DNA of 64,000 nucleotides from Verrucomicrobiota bacterium (GCA_049510395.1 JBEKYY010000016.1:3095-67094), one strand, 5' to 3'; counted from the first letter of the stretch, positions 9,101 through 18,237 are shown. The notes: a model not told the origin generated them from the sequence alone. Numbers and translations are program-made.

Positions 9101-9130
9101 AGTTGATGGTTGAAAGTTGAGAGTTGAGAG
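9101..9130 (-). repeat. short tandem-repeat leader (CTCTCAAC units) immediately upstream of the rpmA start
   Basis: The minus strand reads CTCTCAACTCTCAACTTTCAACCATCAACTTTTT-ATG. A near-identical motif is upstream of pdxA (63323..63352). Confidence 0.6.
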
Positions 9131-9141
9131 CGTCCTTTGAA

Positions 9142-9453
9142 TTACGCCTTGATTTTCTTGATCTTGACCACCGTCAATTCCTGGCGATGTCCGATGGTTT
9201 TATGATAGCCCTCGCGGCGTATCATTTTGAAAGTAAGCTTTTTTTCGCCGCGCTTGTGCGCCACCACGTCGGCCAGCACGCTCGCGCCGCTGACCGTGGG
9301 GGTGCCGACCACGACCTTGCCGTCGCGATTGACCAGCAACACGCGGTCAAAGGTGACCGGCTTGCCGGTTTCGACGGCCAGACGTTCGATTTCCAGCGTG
9401 TCGCCCGCGGCGACTCGATATTGTTTGCTGCCTGTTTCTAGAACGGCGTACAT
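9142..9453 (-). CDS. rplU: 50S ribosomal protein L21
   Basis: MYAVLETGSKQYRVAAGDTLEIERL... from the ATG at 9453, inside the longer ORF 9142..9531. Confidence 0.95.
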   Translation of the reverse strand: MYAVLETGSKQYRVAAGDTLEIERLAVETGKPVTFDRVLLVNRDGKVVVGTPTVSGASVLADVVAHKRGEKKLTFKMIRREGYHKTIGHRQELTVVKIKKIKA

Positions 9454-9477
9454 AAATTGACCCGCAAAGGGCTGGAT

Positions 9478-9506
9478 ATTAAGCCAGAACTGTGCCGGGC
9501 TGTCAA
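9478..9506 (-). promoter_or_regulatory. candidate sigma70-type promoter for rplU-rpmA
   Basis: On the minus strand: TTGACA (9506..9501), a 17-nt spacer, then CTTAAT (9483..9478). It lies about 25 nt upstream of the rplU ATG. Confidence 0.35.
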
Positions 9507-9671
9507 CGCAGGATTTATTTGGAAATCGCATGATTCGTGTAGCGTCGAGCCTGTGGCTCGATTGAATTGGCGCACAACACCGGCGCTAAAAATCATGCTA
9601 AAAAGCAAGTATTTATTGTTTATCAATAAAAAAAACTTGACTAACGGAATTGATGGGCGTATTCGTTGCGC

Positions 9672-10193
9672 ATGAATGCGAATAAAATTTCTCCGAAGGC
9701 CAATGCGCGGATGAGTCGAATCAAAAAGATAATCAGGGTTATCAGGTTTTTGATCAGTGCAACCATAATTTTTGCGATCGTGTTTGGTTCGGTATTCTTG
9801 GCCGATCTCGCTGGCGTCCACATTATTCCGTCGGGAGTAAAAATCTCATTTTCCCCGTTGTTGACTTATAGTTCACCATTCAAGATACCGGTGGTCGTGC
9901 TTGTCCTGGCCTTTCTCCGTGCGGGCCTGTTTTTTGTGGGGGCTCTTGTCCTGTTCTGGCTGCTTGATCTCTTTGAGGCAGGGAAATTTTTCACCGGTCA
10001 AAATGTTCATTACATCAAACTGCTTGGCTGGTTTGTATTGAGTGACTGGGTGGTTCTTCGACTTCTGGATGTGCTGGCACATGGATTGAGCCCGGACCCG
10101 GTGGAACTTGCTGTTGGACTTCTCATTGTATTGATTGCCTGGATCATGGATGAAGGCCGGAAGATTCAGGAGGAACAGGAATTGACGGTTTAA
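9672..10193 (+). CDS. DUF2975-type multi-pass membrane protein
   Basis: Four hydrophobic spans and the C-terminal ...VLIAWIMDEGRKIQEEQELTV. It is immediately followed by a YozG-like HTH gene, which is the usual DUF2975 partner. Confidence 0.65.
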   Translation: MNANKISPKANARMSRIKKIIRVIRFLISATIIFAIVFGSVFLADLAGVHIIPSGVKISFSPLLTYSSPFKIPVVVLVLAFLRAGLFFVGALVLFWLLDLFEAGKFFTGQNVHYIKLLGWFVLSDWVVLRLLDVLAHGLSPDPVELAVGLLIVLIAWIMDEGRKIQEEQELTV

Positions 10194-10197
10194 GTTT

Positions 10198-10434
10198 ATG
10201 CCCATCATCGTCAATCTCGACGTGGTTCTCGCCCAGCGCAAAATGCGGCTGAACGATCTGGCGGAAGCCGTGGACATCACGCCGCAAAATCTTTCCATCC
10301 TCAAAACCGGCAAAGCCAGGGCCATCCGCTTCTCCACGCTCGAAGCGATTTGCGCCCATCTCGAATGCCAGCCGGCCGACATTTTGGAATATCGTCCGGA
10401 AGCCGAGAAAAAGAAGCTGCCCGTGCGAACCTAA
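10198..10434 (+). CDS. XRE/Cro-type HTH transcriptional regulator (YozG-like)
   Basis: MPIIVNLDVVLAQRKMRLNDLAEAVDITPQNLSILKTGKARAIRFSTLEAICAHLECQPADILEY. Confidence 0.85.
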   Translation: MPIIVNLDVVLAQRKMRLNDLAEAVDITPQNLSILKTGKARAIRFSTLEAICAHLECQPADILEYRPEAEKKKLPVRT

Positions 10435-11093
10435 GCCTGCGAACTCCGCCGTTCCTGTTTGCGAAACTGCTGTTCGCGACGTTTGGTTTCACCGCTCAAC
10501 AATTCCTCCGCCGACCAGCCGCGCAATTGGGCAAATTCCGCCAACTCAAATAGCTCGCGCGCCAAAGCAGTTTTGGTGAGTCGGCGTTTGAAATTTGGGC
10601 CGGCCGAAGGAATTTTTGCTTTGCGCGCCTTTTTCACGAGTTTTTCCGCGCGCAGCAGCGCGGGCAGATGCTTCGGGATACCGTCAAGGGCGGAATGGCG
10701 GGCGTGTTTGGTGCCGTGCTTTTCCGCCTTTTTGATTTTTTCCCAGTTCGCCCAGACTTCATCCACGTCCTTGACCCTCGTCGTGCCAAAGACGTGCGGG
10801 TGCCGGCGGACGAGTTTATTCACGAGCACCCGGCAGACTTTTTCGAAGTCAAACGCGCCGCGTTCCTTCGCCAACTGGCAGTGGAAGACAATTTGCAGCA
10901 GCAAATCGCCGAGTTCCTCCACCATTTCATGGTCGTCGCCGGCTTCGATGGCGTCAATCAGTTCGTAAACTTCCTCAATGGCATGACGCCGCAGCGTCCG
11001 ATGGCTCTGCTGGCGGTCCCATGGACAGCCCGTGGGTGAGCGCAGTCGGGCCATGACTTTTAACAAATCGTTTATCGCAGATGGTTTTTTCAT
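10431..11093 (-). CDS. mazG: nucleoside triphosphate pyrophosphohydrolase MazG
   Basis: LRSPTGCPWDRQQSHRTLRRHAIEEVYELIDAIEAGD...ELGDLLLQIVFH. Confidence 0.9.
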   Translation of the reverse strand: MKKPSAINDLLKVMARLRSPTGCPWDRQQSHRTLRRHAIEEVYELIDAIEAGDDHEMVEELGDLLLQIVFHCQLAKERGAFDFEKVCRVLVNKLVRRHPHVFGTTRVKDVDEVWANWEKIKKAEKHGTKHARHSALDGIPKHLPALLRAEKLVKKARKAKIPSAGPNFKRRLTKTALARELFELAEFAQLRGWSAEELLSGETKRREQQFRKQERRSSQA

Positions 11094-11099
11094 TTTGGA

Positions 11100-11214
11100 T
11101 TAACCGCCAAGACGCCAAGGTCGCCAGGTAAAACTCAGGTCCGGAAACGAATTTCCTGCCTTCCGGTTTTCTTCATCAAAAAATCTTCCTTGGCGCTCTT
11201 GGCGTCTTGGCGGT
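11100..11214. repeat. family E element bounded by inverted CCAAGACGCCAAG-type arms
   Basis: Left arm aaccgccaagacgccaaggtcgccagg, right arm ccttggcgctcttggcgtcttggcggtt. It exactly fills the mazG-start/proB-stop gap. A related copy is at 61266..61337. Confidence 0.5.
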
Positions 11215-12291
11215 TCACAAAATCACCAGATCGTCGCGATGTACCACCTCCACGCGCGCCAGTTTGCGGCCGCGCACTTCGGCGGCACCGAACTTTGCAA
11301 TGCCGCGCGCGAATTCCGTTCCGTCCAAATCGCAAATCCGCACGACATCGCCGGCGGCGAATTCACCCTCACAGCGTGCCACCCCCGGCGGCAGGAGGCT
11401 CTTGCCCTTCTCGCGCAAGGCCACCTTCGCGCCGTCATCCACGAACAACGCGCCCTGGGGATGATGGAAAAACGCAATCCAGCGTTTGCGGCCCTGCAGC
11501 TTCGCGGGATGCGCGACAAACAGCGTGCCCTCGTTTTCCCCGGCGAGAATTTTCGCGAGCACCTGCTTCTTCTTGCCGGACGCAATGACGAGCGGAATGC
11601 CGGAACGCACGGCGATCTTGGCCGCTTGAATCTTCGACGCCATGCCGCCGACGGCGGTGTCGCTGTCCGTGCCCCGCGCGATTTTTTCGAGGCCGGAATC
11701 GATTTTTTCTATGACCCCCATCGTTTTCGGATTGGCCTTGCCGAAATTTTCGATGACGCCATCCACCGTTGTTAAAATGACGAGCAAATCGGCGGGAAGC
11801 AACGACGCCACCAGCGCGGACAAGATGTCATTGTCGCCGAATTTGATTTCGGTGAACGACACGGCGTCGTTTTCATTGATGATGGGCACGACCCCACGCC
11901 CGAGCAGCGTGACGAGCGTGTTGCGCGCGTTGAGATGACGTTCGTGATGTTCGAGATCGTCATGCGTGAGCAAAACCTGCGCGACGTGCAAATTGTGCCG
12001 CGCAAAAAGTTCGGCATACATCGCCATGAGGCGCGACTGGCCGACGGCGGCGCACGCCTGCAATTCGGCGAGGTCGCCCGGACGTTTTTCATAGCCCAGC
12101 GCGCCCATGCCCGCGCCGACCGCGCCGGAAGTAACCAGCACGATTTCCTTGCCGGATTTTCTCAACGCGGCGACCTGCGCGACGAGCTGTTCCAATTGCG
12201 CCGGGTCGGGCTGCTTGCGGCTGTCGGTGAGCACGCCGGTGCCGAGTTTCACGACGATACAGGCGGCGGTTTTGACGGATTCACGATGCAC
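11215..12291 (-). CDS. proB: glutamate 5-kinase with C-terminal PUA domain
   Basis: VVKLGTGVLTD..., IVLVTSGAVGAG, ENDAVSFTEIKFGDND, and a C-terminal PUA-like segment. The start is GTG. Confidence 0.95.
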   Translation of the reverse strand: MHRESVKTAACIVVKLGTGVLTDSRKQPDPAQLEQLVAQVAALRKSGKEIVLVTSGAVGAGMGALGYEKRPGDLAELQACAAVGQSRLMAMYAELFARHNLHVAQVLLTHDDLEHHERHLNARNTLVTLLGRGVVPIINENDAVSFTEIKFGDNDILSALVASLLPADLLVILTTVDGVIENFGKANPKTMGVIEKIDSGLEKIARGTDSDTAVGGMASKIQAAKIAVRSGIPLVIASGKKKQVLAKILAGENEGTLFVAHPAKLQGRKRWIAFFHHPQGALFVDDGAKVALREKGKSLLPPGVARCEGEFAAGDVVRICDLDGTEFARGIAKFGAAEVRGRKLARVEVVHRDDLVIL

Positions 12292-12390
12292 GCGATGAAA
12301 TTAGAAGAAAATTCCCGCGTGGAAAACGTTAAAATGACAGGGCGGGCTCTTACCAGGACGCGTCTCATTTTTTGAACAGCTCCGAAAATT

Positions 12391-12540
12391 CTCATTAGCA
12401 CCGGGCTTCAGCCCGGTGATGACGGTCGAAAAACGTCGGGAAGCCGCTTCAACGGCTTCGGTATGCAGGGGAACCCGTTGAAACGGGTTTCATTCCCCAT
12501 GATCGCCGGGTTCACCCGGCTGAAGCCGGGTGCTAATGAG
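12391..12540 (+). repeat. family A MITE-like palindromic element (~150 bp), copy 1
   Basis: Terminal inverted repeats are ctcattagcaccgggcttcagcccggtga and tcacccggctgaagccgggtgctaatgag. Internal hairpins are gaagccgcttcaacggcttc and aacccgttgaaacgggtt. It has no coding capacity. Confidence 0.75.
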
Positions 12541-12564
12541 AGGCGTCCTTTTTTGCCGCCAATT

Positions 12565-13245
12565 TCAATTTCGCGACGCACCGGGCTTGGGCAGATCCAC
12601 CAACGATCCAAAAAAATCTCCCCCGCGCAACGCGATGAGCACCGCCAAACCCGCCAGATCGGCCTGCGACTTCACATTTTTCATCACGCAGTTTTCGAGG
12701 CCAATTTTTTGCGCGCGGTTGAGTCGCTGATCTTTCAGGTCAATGAACTTCGCCGTTCCGACGGAGACATTCAGCACGTCAATGGACCTGAACTCGAAGC
12801 CGGTCTGTTGCTTGAAATTCGCCGCGCCATTGCCGCCACTGGAATTTTTCGATGGCCAGGGAACGCCGAGTGAAAAAATGTTCGTGCGTCCGGCCTCGTT
12901 TTTCACGATGTCGAGTTCCCCAAGGTTGAAGCGCAGGAGCGTGAGGTGGATCTCATGTCGCGCGAGGGCGGCGCGGTCGTATTCGACGTGAATTTCCGGG
13001 ATGTCGAGAAACAGCGTGCCGCCAAAGTTCGTCGGGTTGTAGAGTTTGAAGTTTTGAATCGTCACCGTCGGCTCGGTGAGGCCGAGTGAAAATCTTCCAA
13101 TCTCCGCTTCCATGCCGGTCTGGGCGCGGATTCGATGCTCGGCCCAGACCCGGAGAATCGAATTGAGCGACAGCAGCAGAATGACGATCGACACGACCGC
13201 CAGAAGAAACAGCCGGAACAGCCATTTGAACAACCATTTAATCAT
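12565..13245 (-). CDS. hypothetical membrane-anchored protein (AsmA-N-terminal-like)
   Basis: An N-terminal TM anchor (WLFRLFLLAVVSIVILLLSL) is followed by a beta-rich region. No motif was recognised with certainty. Confidence 0.5.
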   Translation of the reverse strand: MIKWLFKWLFRLFLLAVVSIVILLLSLNSILRVWAEHRIRAQTGMEAEIGRFSLGLTEPTVTIQNFKLYNPTNFGGTLFLDIPEIHVEYDRAALARHEIHLTLLRFNLGELDIVKNEAGRTNIFSLGVPWPSKNSSGGNGAANFKQQTGFEFRSIDVLNVSVGTAKFIDLKDQRLNRAQKIGLENCVMKNVKSQADLAGLAVLIALRGGDFFGSLVDLPKPGASRN

Positions 13246-13248
13246 TTT

Positions 13249-13270
13249 CGATTTACGATATACGATTTAT
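13249..13270 (-). repeat. short tandem-repeat leader (AATCGTA units) upstream of the CDS starting at 13245
   Basis: The minus strand reads ATAAATCGTATATCGTAAATCGAAA-ATG. Confidence 0.5.
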
Positions 13271-13299
13271 GAAAAGTGTCCACGTCACGATCTTTGAAA

Positions 13300-13389
13300 G
13301 GTAGGGCGCGGTCTCCGCACCGCGCCGTGCGGCTCGCTCGGCCCGTCCTCCGTAGCAGTACTGCGGAGGGTGGAAGAGCGAGCCCTACC
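13300..13389 (+). repeat. family B palindromic element (GGTAGGGC...GCCCTACC)
   Basis: ggtagggcgcggtctccgcaccgcgcc...gtcctccgtagcagtactgcggagggtgga...gagccctacc. Termini are inverted and there are two internal GC hairpins. Confidence 0.7.
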
Positions 13390-13394
13390 CAAAT

Positions 13395-14003
13395 TCACAC
13401 CGCCACGTCCTCCGGCCGCACTTCGAGACATTCGTCCTGGTCCTCCCAAATGACGGCGGGATAAATATTCAGCAGCTTCGGCGCGAGTTCGCGGCCCGCG
13501 CGAGCGAGCAACCGTTCGGCTTCTTCCGCGGCGTTTTCATAGGCGCGGTCGTAATCACTCGCGCGACGGCGCTGATGGTCGTCCCAATGCGCGACGGCGT
13601 GGACGGGGTCATATTGTTGCGCCCACAGATCAAGTTCGGCGCGAACGTCAGCGGAAATTTCATCGAATGGCACCAGCGTTTCGTTGCAATGCTGGCAGAT
13701 CAAACCCGACTCACGCACGTCGCGCGTAAGCAGCGGCAAAAACGGGGCGCGGCAGCACGGCGATTCCGCATAAGCCGCCGGCGGCGTGGCCAGCCGCTTG
13801 AACCAGACCTGCCGGTCGTGGGCGAGCTGCGCCGCCAGCCGGTACGCGCCGACGAGCGGGTGCGAGAGCCGCCACGCCTGGCCTTCGAGCTGACCGAGCG
13901 TTTGCGCCAGCCAGCGCCCGAGCGTGAGGTCGTCCCAGTCCCGAAACGCCCGGCCGTATCCCTTCCACAACGAGTCGAGCGGTGAATCCGATTCAAATGC
14001 CAT
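13395..14003 (-). CDS. hypothetical protein with a CC-x22-CxxC cysteine cluster
   Basis: The ATG at 14003 (MAFESDSPLDSLWKGY...) is chosen because the longer ORF would overlap the divergent MFS gene. The SPCCRAP...LICQHCNE pattern suggests a zinc ribbon. Confidence 0.45.
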   Translation of the reverse strand: MAFESDSPLDSLWKGYGRAFRDWDDLTLGRWLAQTLGQLEGQAWRLSHPLVGAYRLAAQLAHDRQVWFKRLATPPAAYAESPCCRAPFLPLLTRDVRESGLICQHCNETLVPFDEISADVRAELDLWAQQYDPVHAVAHWDDHQRRRASDYDRAYENAAEEAERLLARAGRELAPKLLNIYPAVIWEDQDECLEVRPEDVAV

Positions 14004-14123
14004 CGTCTGCAGGATGCCGCGCGCGGGGAATTTTGTCGAGCGGCGTTGCAAAAGCCGACCTTGACTGAAATCAATTCCGCCCAATAGACTCCGAGAGTTT
14101 AATGGCCGGCTTTTAAAAAGTTC

Positions 14124-15398
14124 ATGCACCACCCGGATTCCCCCAAATCTCCCGTCGGAAGATTCCGCTGGGTAATCTGTGCGCTGCTCTTTTCCGCCTG
14201 CACGGTCAATTACATGGACCGGCAAGTTCTTGGCCTGCTCAAGCCGCAGTTGTCGGAGCTTTTCAAGTGGACGGAAACGGATTATGGCCGGATGGCCATT
14301 GCGTTTCAGGCCGCCTATGCCATCGGCCAGACACTATTCGGTCCGCTCATCAACTGGATCGGCACAAAAAGCACATATGCTTTCTCGGTCGTCTTTTGGA
14401 GCCTCGCGGCCATGTCGCACTCGCTCTGCCGCACGGTGACCGGTTTTTCCCTGGCGCGTTTCGCCCTGGGCCTGGGTGAATCGGGCAATTTCCCGACCGC
14501 CATTCGCACGGTGACCGAGTGGTTTCCGCCCAAGGAACGTTCGGTGGCCACGGGCATTTTCAACACCGGCACAAACATCGGGGCAATTTTCGCGCCGCTG
14601 CTGGTTCCGTTGATCGTATTAAATCTTAACTGGCAGGCGGCGTTCATCCTGCTCGGCATGACCGATCTGGTCTGGCTGGGCTTCTGGCTGGGCTTTTACA
14701 ACGCGCCGGAAAAATCCCGGCGGGTCAGCCCGGCGGAACTGGCCCACATCAAGAGCGGCGCGGCGGCAACGGCGGAGCAAAAAATCCCATGGATGAAGCT
14801 GCTCGGTTATCGCGAAGCGTGGGCCTATTACGGCACATGTGTGCTCGTCGGGCCGGTCTGGTGGTTTTACGGTTTCTGGCTGCCCGACTTCTTCAGCAAG
14901 CAATTCCATCTGAGCCTGAAACAATTCGGCCTGCCCTTGGTGGTGGTTTATACCGTCACCGCCCTGGGCAGCATCGGCGGTGGCGGTTTGTCGGCGTGGT
15001 TTTTGAAATGCGGCTGGTCGGTGAACCGGGCGCGCAAGATGGCTTCCCTGCTGTGTGCATGCTGCACGCTGCCGGTGATTTTCGCGCCGCGCGTGGACAG
15101 CGTATGGCTGGCGACGGCTTTCTTTGCCCTGGCTGCCGCAGCGCATCAAGGCTGGTCGGCCACGATGTACACGGTCGTCTCGGACATCTTTCCCAAGCCC
15201 GCGGTGGCATCCGTGGTCGGTTTCGGCGGCACACTGGCGTCGTTGATGTCCATGGGGTTCTTCTGGCTGGTCAGCACCATATTGCAGGGTGAAGGCACTT
15301 ATCGTAACATCATGCTGATTTGCGGCAGCGCGTATATCGTGGCCTGGCTGATATTCCACGTGGGTGTGCCGCGCATCAAACCCGTTCGAGTCGAATGA
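14124..15398 (+). CDS. MFS transporter (hexuronate/ACS-type)
   Basis: 12-TM pattern, NYMDRQVLGLLKPQL...DYGRMAIAFQAAYAIGQ, adjacent to the GH43 gene. Confidence 0.85.
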   Translation: MHHPDSPKSPVGRFRWVICALLFSACTVNYMDRQVLGLLKPQLSELFKWTETDYGRMAIAFQAAYAIGQTLFGPLINWIGTKSTYAFSVVFWSLAAMSHSLCRTVTGFSLARFALGLGESGNFPTAIRTVTEWFPPKERSVATGIFNTGTNIGAIFAPLLVPLIVLNLNWQAAFILLGMTDLVWLGFWLGFYNAPEKSRRVSPAELAHIKSGAAATAEQKIPWMKLLGYREAWAYYGTCVLVGPVWWFYGFWLPDFFSKQFHLSLKQFGLPLVVVYTVTALGSIGGGGLSAWFLKCGWSVNRARKMASLLCACCTLPVIFAPRVDSVWLATAFFALAAAAHQGWSATMYTVVSDIFPKPAVASVVGFGGTLASLMSMGFFWLVSTILQGEGTYRNIMLICGSAYIVAWLIFHVGVPRIKPVRVE

Positions 15399-15417
15399 CC
15401 TGCGCGTGAAAGCTTCC

Positions 15418-16992
15418 ATGCCCAACGAATCATTGAAACAATCGCCTGCGTTCCGTTATCCCTGGATTCCCGACCAGAAGGATGGAACATTTTGCAACCC
15501 GATTATTTATGCGGATTATTCCGACCCCGATGCGATTCGTTTTGACGACGATTTTTACCTGGTTACTTCCAGTATCAATTGCACGCCGGGACTGCCGATC
15601 CTGCACTCGAAGGATTTGGTGAACTGGACGATCATCAATCACGCCGTCAAAAACCTGCCGCATCCGCGTTATGCCGAAGTGCAGCACGGCTGCGGCGCAT
15701 GGGCGCCCGCCATCCGATTTTACAACGGCAAATTCTGGATTTTCTTCTCCACGCCGGATGAAGGCATTTACATGACCACGGCCGACCATCCTGCGGACAC
15801 GTGGTCTGAACCTCATCTGGTGCAGGCCGGCAAAGGTTTGATTGACCCCTGTCCTTTCTGGGATGACGACGGCAATGCCTATCTGGTTCACGCCTATGCC
15901 AGCTCGCGGATGGGCATCAAACACATTCTTCGGGTGCGCCCGATGGCACCCACCGGCTCGCGGTTGCTGGGTGAAGGGCAAATGGTTTTTCACAATCCAG
16001 AACAGCACCCGACCCTCGAAGGTCCAAAGTTTCTGAAGAAGGACGGCTGGTATTATATCCTTGCTCCCGCCGGCAGCGTGCAAACCGGATGGCAAGTCGT
16101 CCTGCGTTCACGAAATATTTTTGGCCCTTACGAAGATAAAATCGTGCTGGAGCAGGGAAGCACATCCATCAACGGGCCGCACCAGGGCGCGCTGGTTGAC
16201 CTGCCGAACGGCGAGTGGTGGTTCCTTCATTTCCAGGACGTCGGGGCTTATGGGCGGGTCGTCCACCTGCAACCAGTCAACTGGAAGGACGGCTGGCCGC
16301 TCATGGGACGGGACCTGGACGGCAACGGCATCGGCGAACCGGTTTTGCACTGCCAGAAACCGGCCATCGGGCACGGCTCGTCAGTTGCCATCCCGCAAAC
16401 CAGCGACGAATTCGATTCCCCCGCCCTTGGCCTGCAATGGCAATGGCACGCGAATTTTTCCGAAAAATGGTTCTCGCTCTCGGCGCGAGAAAGCCGGCTG
16501 CGGTTGTTTTCCGTGCCGATGCCTGCAAAAGCCACCAATTTCTGGCCCGTTCCGAATTTGCTGCTGCAAAAACTGCCCACGCCGAAATTCACCGCCACGA
16601 CGGAACTTGATTTCAGCCGGCTGGCCGTTGGCGGGAAGGCCGGACTTATTGTCATGGGCATGGATTATTCGTATCTCGCGGTGGAGAGAACGGCGGCAAA
16701 TTTTCGGTTGATCAAGGCCACAGGCAAAGACGCACGGAAAGGTGCTGCAGAAGTCATCGAAGCCGAAACGGAATGTGCCGGCGATTCCATCCTTCTGCGC
16801 GTCGAAGTTGATGAAGGCGCACTGTGCAATTTCAGTTTCAGCCGCGACGGGGAAAAATTTTCTGCGATGGGCAAAAATTTCACCGCTCGCGCAGGCCTCT
16901 GGATTGGCGCAAAAGTCGGACTCTTCTGCCTGTCAACTGACGCGGAAAAGAAATCCGGTCATGCGGATTTTGCCTGGTTCAGATTCAGCTGA
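15418..16992 (+). CDS. glycoside hydrolase family 43 (beta-xylosidase/alpha-L-arabinofuranosidase-like) with C-terminal beta-sandwich
   Basis: NPIIYADYSDPDAIRFDDDFYLVTSS, WAPAIRFYNGKFWIFF, and LEGPKFLKKDGWYYIL (catalytic Asp/Glu contexts typical of GH43). Confidence 0.9.
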   Translation: MPNESLKQSPAFRYPWIPDQKDGTFCNPIIYADYSDPDAIRFDDDFYLVTSSINCTPGLPILHSKDLVNWTIINHAVKNLPHPRYAEVQHGCGAWAPAIRFYNGKFWIFFSTPDEGIYMTTADHPADTWSEPHLVQAGKGLIDPCPFWDDDGNAYLVHAYASSRMGIKHILRVRPMAPTGSRLLGEGQMVFHNPEQHPTLEGPKFLKKDGWYYILAPAGSVQTGWQVVLRSRNIFGPYEDKIVLEQGSTSINGPHQGALVDLPNGEWWFLHFQDVGAYGRVVHLQPVNWKDGWPLMGRDLDGNGIGEPVLHCQKPAIGHGSSVAIPQTSDEFDSPALGLQWQWHANFSEKWFSLSARESRLRLFSVPMPAKATNFWPVPNLLLQKLPTPKFTATTELDFSRLAVGGKAGLIVMGMDYSYLAVERTAANFRLIKATGKDARKGAAEVIEAETECAGDSILLRVEVDEGALCNFSFSRDGEKFSAMGKNFTARAGLWIGAKVGLFCLSTDAEKKSGHADFAWFRFS

Positions 16993-17374
16993 CTGCTCGC
17001 CAAGGATTTAACCACGCCCCGTGAGGATGGCCCATCAATCATCAAACAGCCGTCTGTCGGTTTCTGCCACCGAATGAATAATATCGACAACCTTTCGCCG
17101 GGGGCAACGGTTGGCTTGTGTGACTTGCAATTATCATTGTTCTTTTCCCAGACACCTCCTGTCTTGAAGACTTTTTCGTCCGAACCGGATGGGATGCCGC
17201 TAATTGAGGCATGGTGGCAAAAAAATAATCGCAAGCATTTGACCTCCGCGTTGAAAGTATCGGTTTCTGTATCAATTTAGGAGTTCCCCTTGTCCCAAAG
17301 TTTGCAACCCGTTTCCAAAAGTTTCATGCGCGCCCCGCTGTCACGTTGGCAAGTCTTATGCGTAAAGAACCCCC

Positions 17375-18001
17375 GTGCTGTATCCAGTGGAAGTATTTCT
17401 TCGGTCAAGACGTGCCGTTCTTGGTTCTTTTCTCTTCAGCGTCTCTTTTGCAGTTATGCAACTTTCAGCCTTCGCAACCGGAAGTGTAACGTTGGCGTGG
17501 AACGCAAGCACTTATCCAAACGTCGCGGGTTACAACGTTTATTACGGAAGAGCCAGCGGCGCCTATACCAACAAGATTTGTGCCGGCAACGCAACAAATG
17601 CAACCATTTCCGGCCTGGTCCAAGGAACCACCTACTATTTTGCGGCGACAACGTATGCTTCTTCGGGCACGGAAAGTCCGTTCTCAAGTGAGGTGTCTTA
17701 TCTGGTCCCGGTTCTGGTGACCATGAATTGTTCGAACGTTTATGTCACTGCTGTCCATACAAACTTTTTTCGGTTCTGGACAAACATATCGTCATCTGGA
17801 AAAATAATTATCAGGCCGCTCCCGCCGACTTGGACGAACTCAGTTTTCGTTGGCTTCTGGATTTACCCTCCTCCGTCAGGAGGGTGGACGCTCCAATCAA
17901 GTTCGAACCTGCTGACATGGTTCAATTACGCCACCATCACGAACGCGGTGTTCGTTCCCAACATCGGCGGTGATTGGTATTTCCGGTTCAAAGCGCCCTG
18001 A
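17375..18001 (+). CDS. secreted fibronectin type III domain protein with a C-terminal W...YFRF module
   Basis: SVTLAWNASTYPNVAGYNVYYGRASGAYT...ATISGLVQGTTYYFAATTY (FN3). The tail is ...SSNLLTWFNYATITNAVFVPNIGGDWYFRFKAP. The GTG start is uncertain and G+C is lower. Confidence 0.6.
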   Translation: MLYPVEVFLRSRRAVLGSFLFSVSFAVMQLSAFATGSVTLAWNASTYPNVAGYNVYYGRASGAYTNKICAGNATNATISGLVQGTTYYFAATTYASSGTESPFSSEVSYLVPVLVTMNCSNVYVTAVHTNFFRFWTNISSSGKIIIRPLPPTWTNSVFVGFWIYPPPSGGWTLQSSSNLLTWFNYATITNAVFVPNIGGDWYFRFKAP

Positions 18002-18100
18002 CTTGTCGAAACGGGGGTAAATATACCGAAAATTGGTGTCCGTTTTGGTGTCCGTTGCGGATGCCCTGGCTCCTAAGCCATTACTACACACACAGTTGGA

Positions 18101-18126
18101 AATGGAGCCAATGGCCGGGATTGAAC
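18101..18126 (-). repeat. duplicated 3' end of tRNA-Thr (att-like direct repeat)
   Basis: aatggagccaatggccgggattgaac is identical to 22205..22230, which is the T-loop to CCA end of the intact tRNA-Thr. Confidence 0.85.
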
Positions 18127-18237
18127 TGAGTTCAACGATTCAGTGCCAAGATAATGGCGGGTTTCATTGGGAATCCAAGAAGAATGCGTCCTAACTTGTC
18201 ACTATTTTTCTTAACTCTGTCAGTGCTTTCACTGACA
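18124..18237 (+). repeat. 114-bp direct repeat, copy A (pairs with 22047..22160)
   Basis: actgagttcaacgattcagtgccaagataatggcgggtttcattgggaatccaagaagaat...cactatttttcttaactctgtcagtgctttcactgaca, with only a handful of mismatches between the copies. Confidence 0.85.

Noticed and set aside
12408-12611. Small ORFs read through repeat elements: 12408..12611, 23887..24093, 23930..24178, 45795..46340 N-terminus, 62027..62323 and 62088..62417.
   Set aside because: Their sequences are dictated by palindromic repeat DNA (for example LKPGANE, PLSPLRRGEG, NSASRRI peptides) that recurs in both orientations and in several frames. These are classic annotation artefacts.
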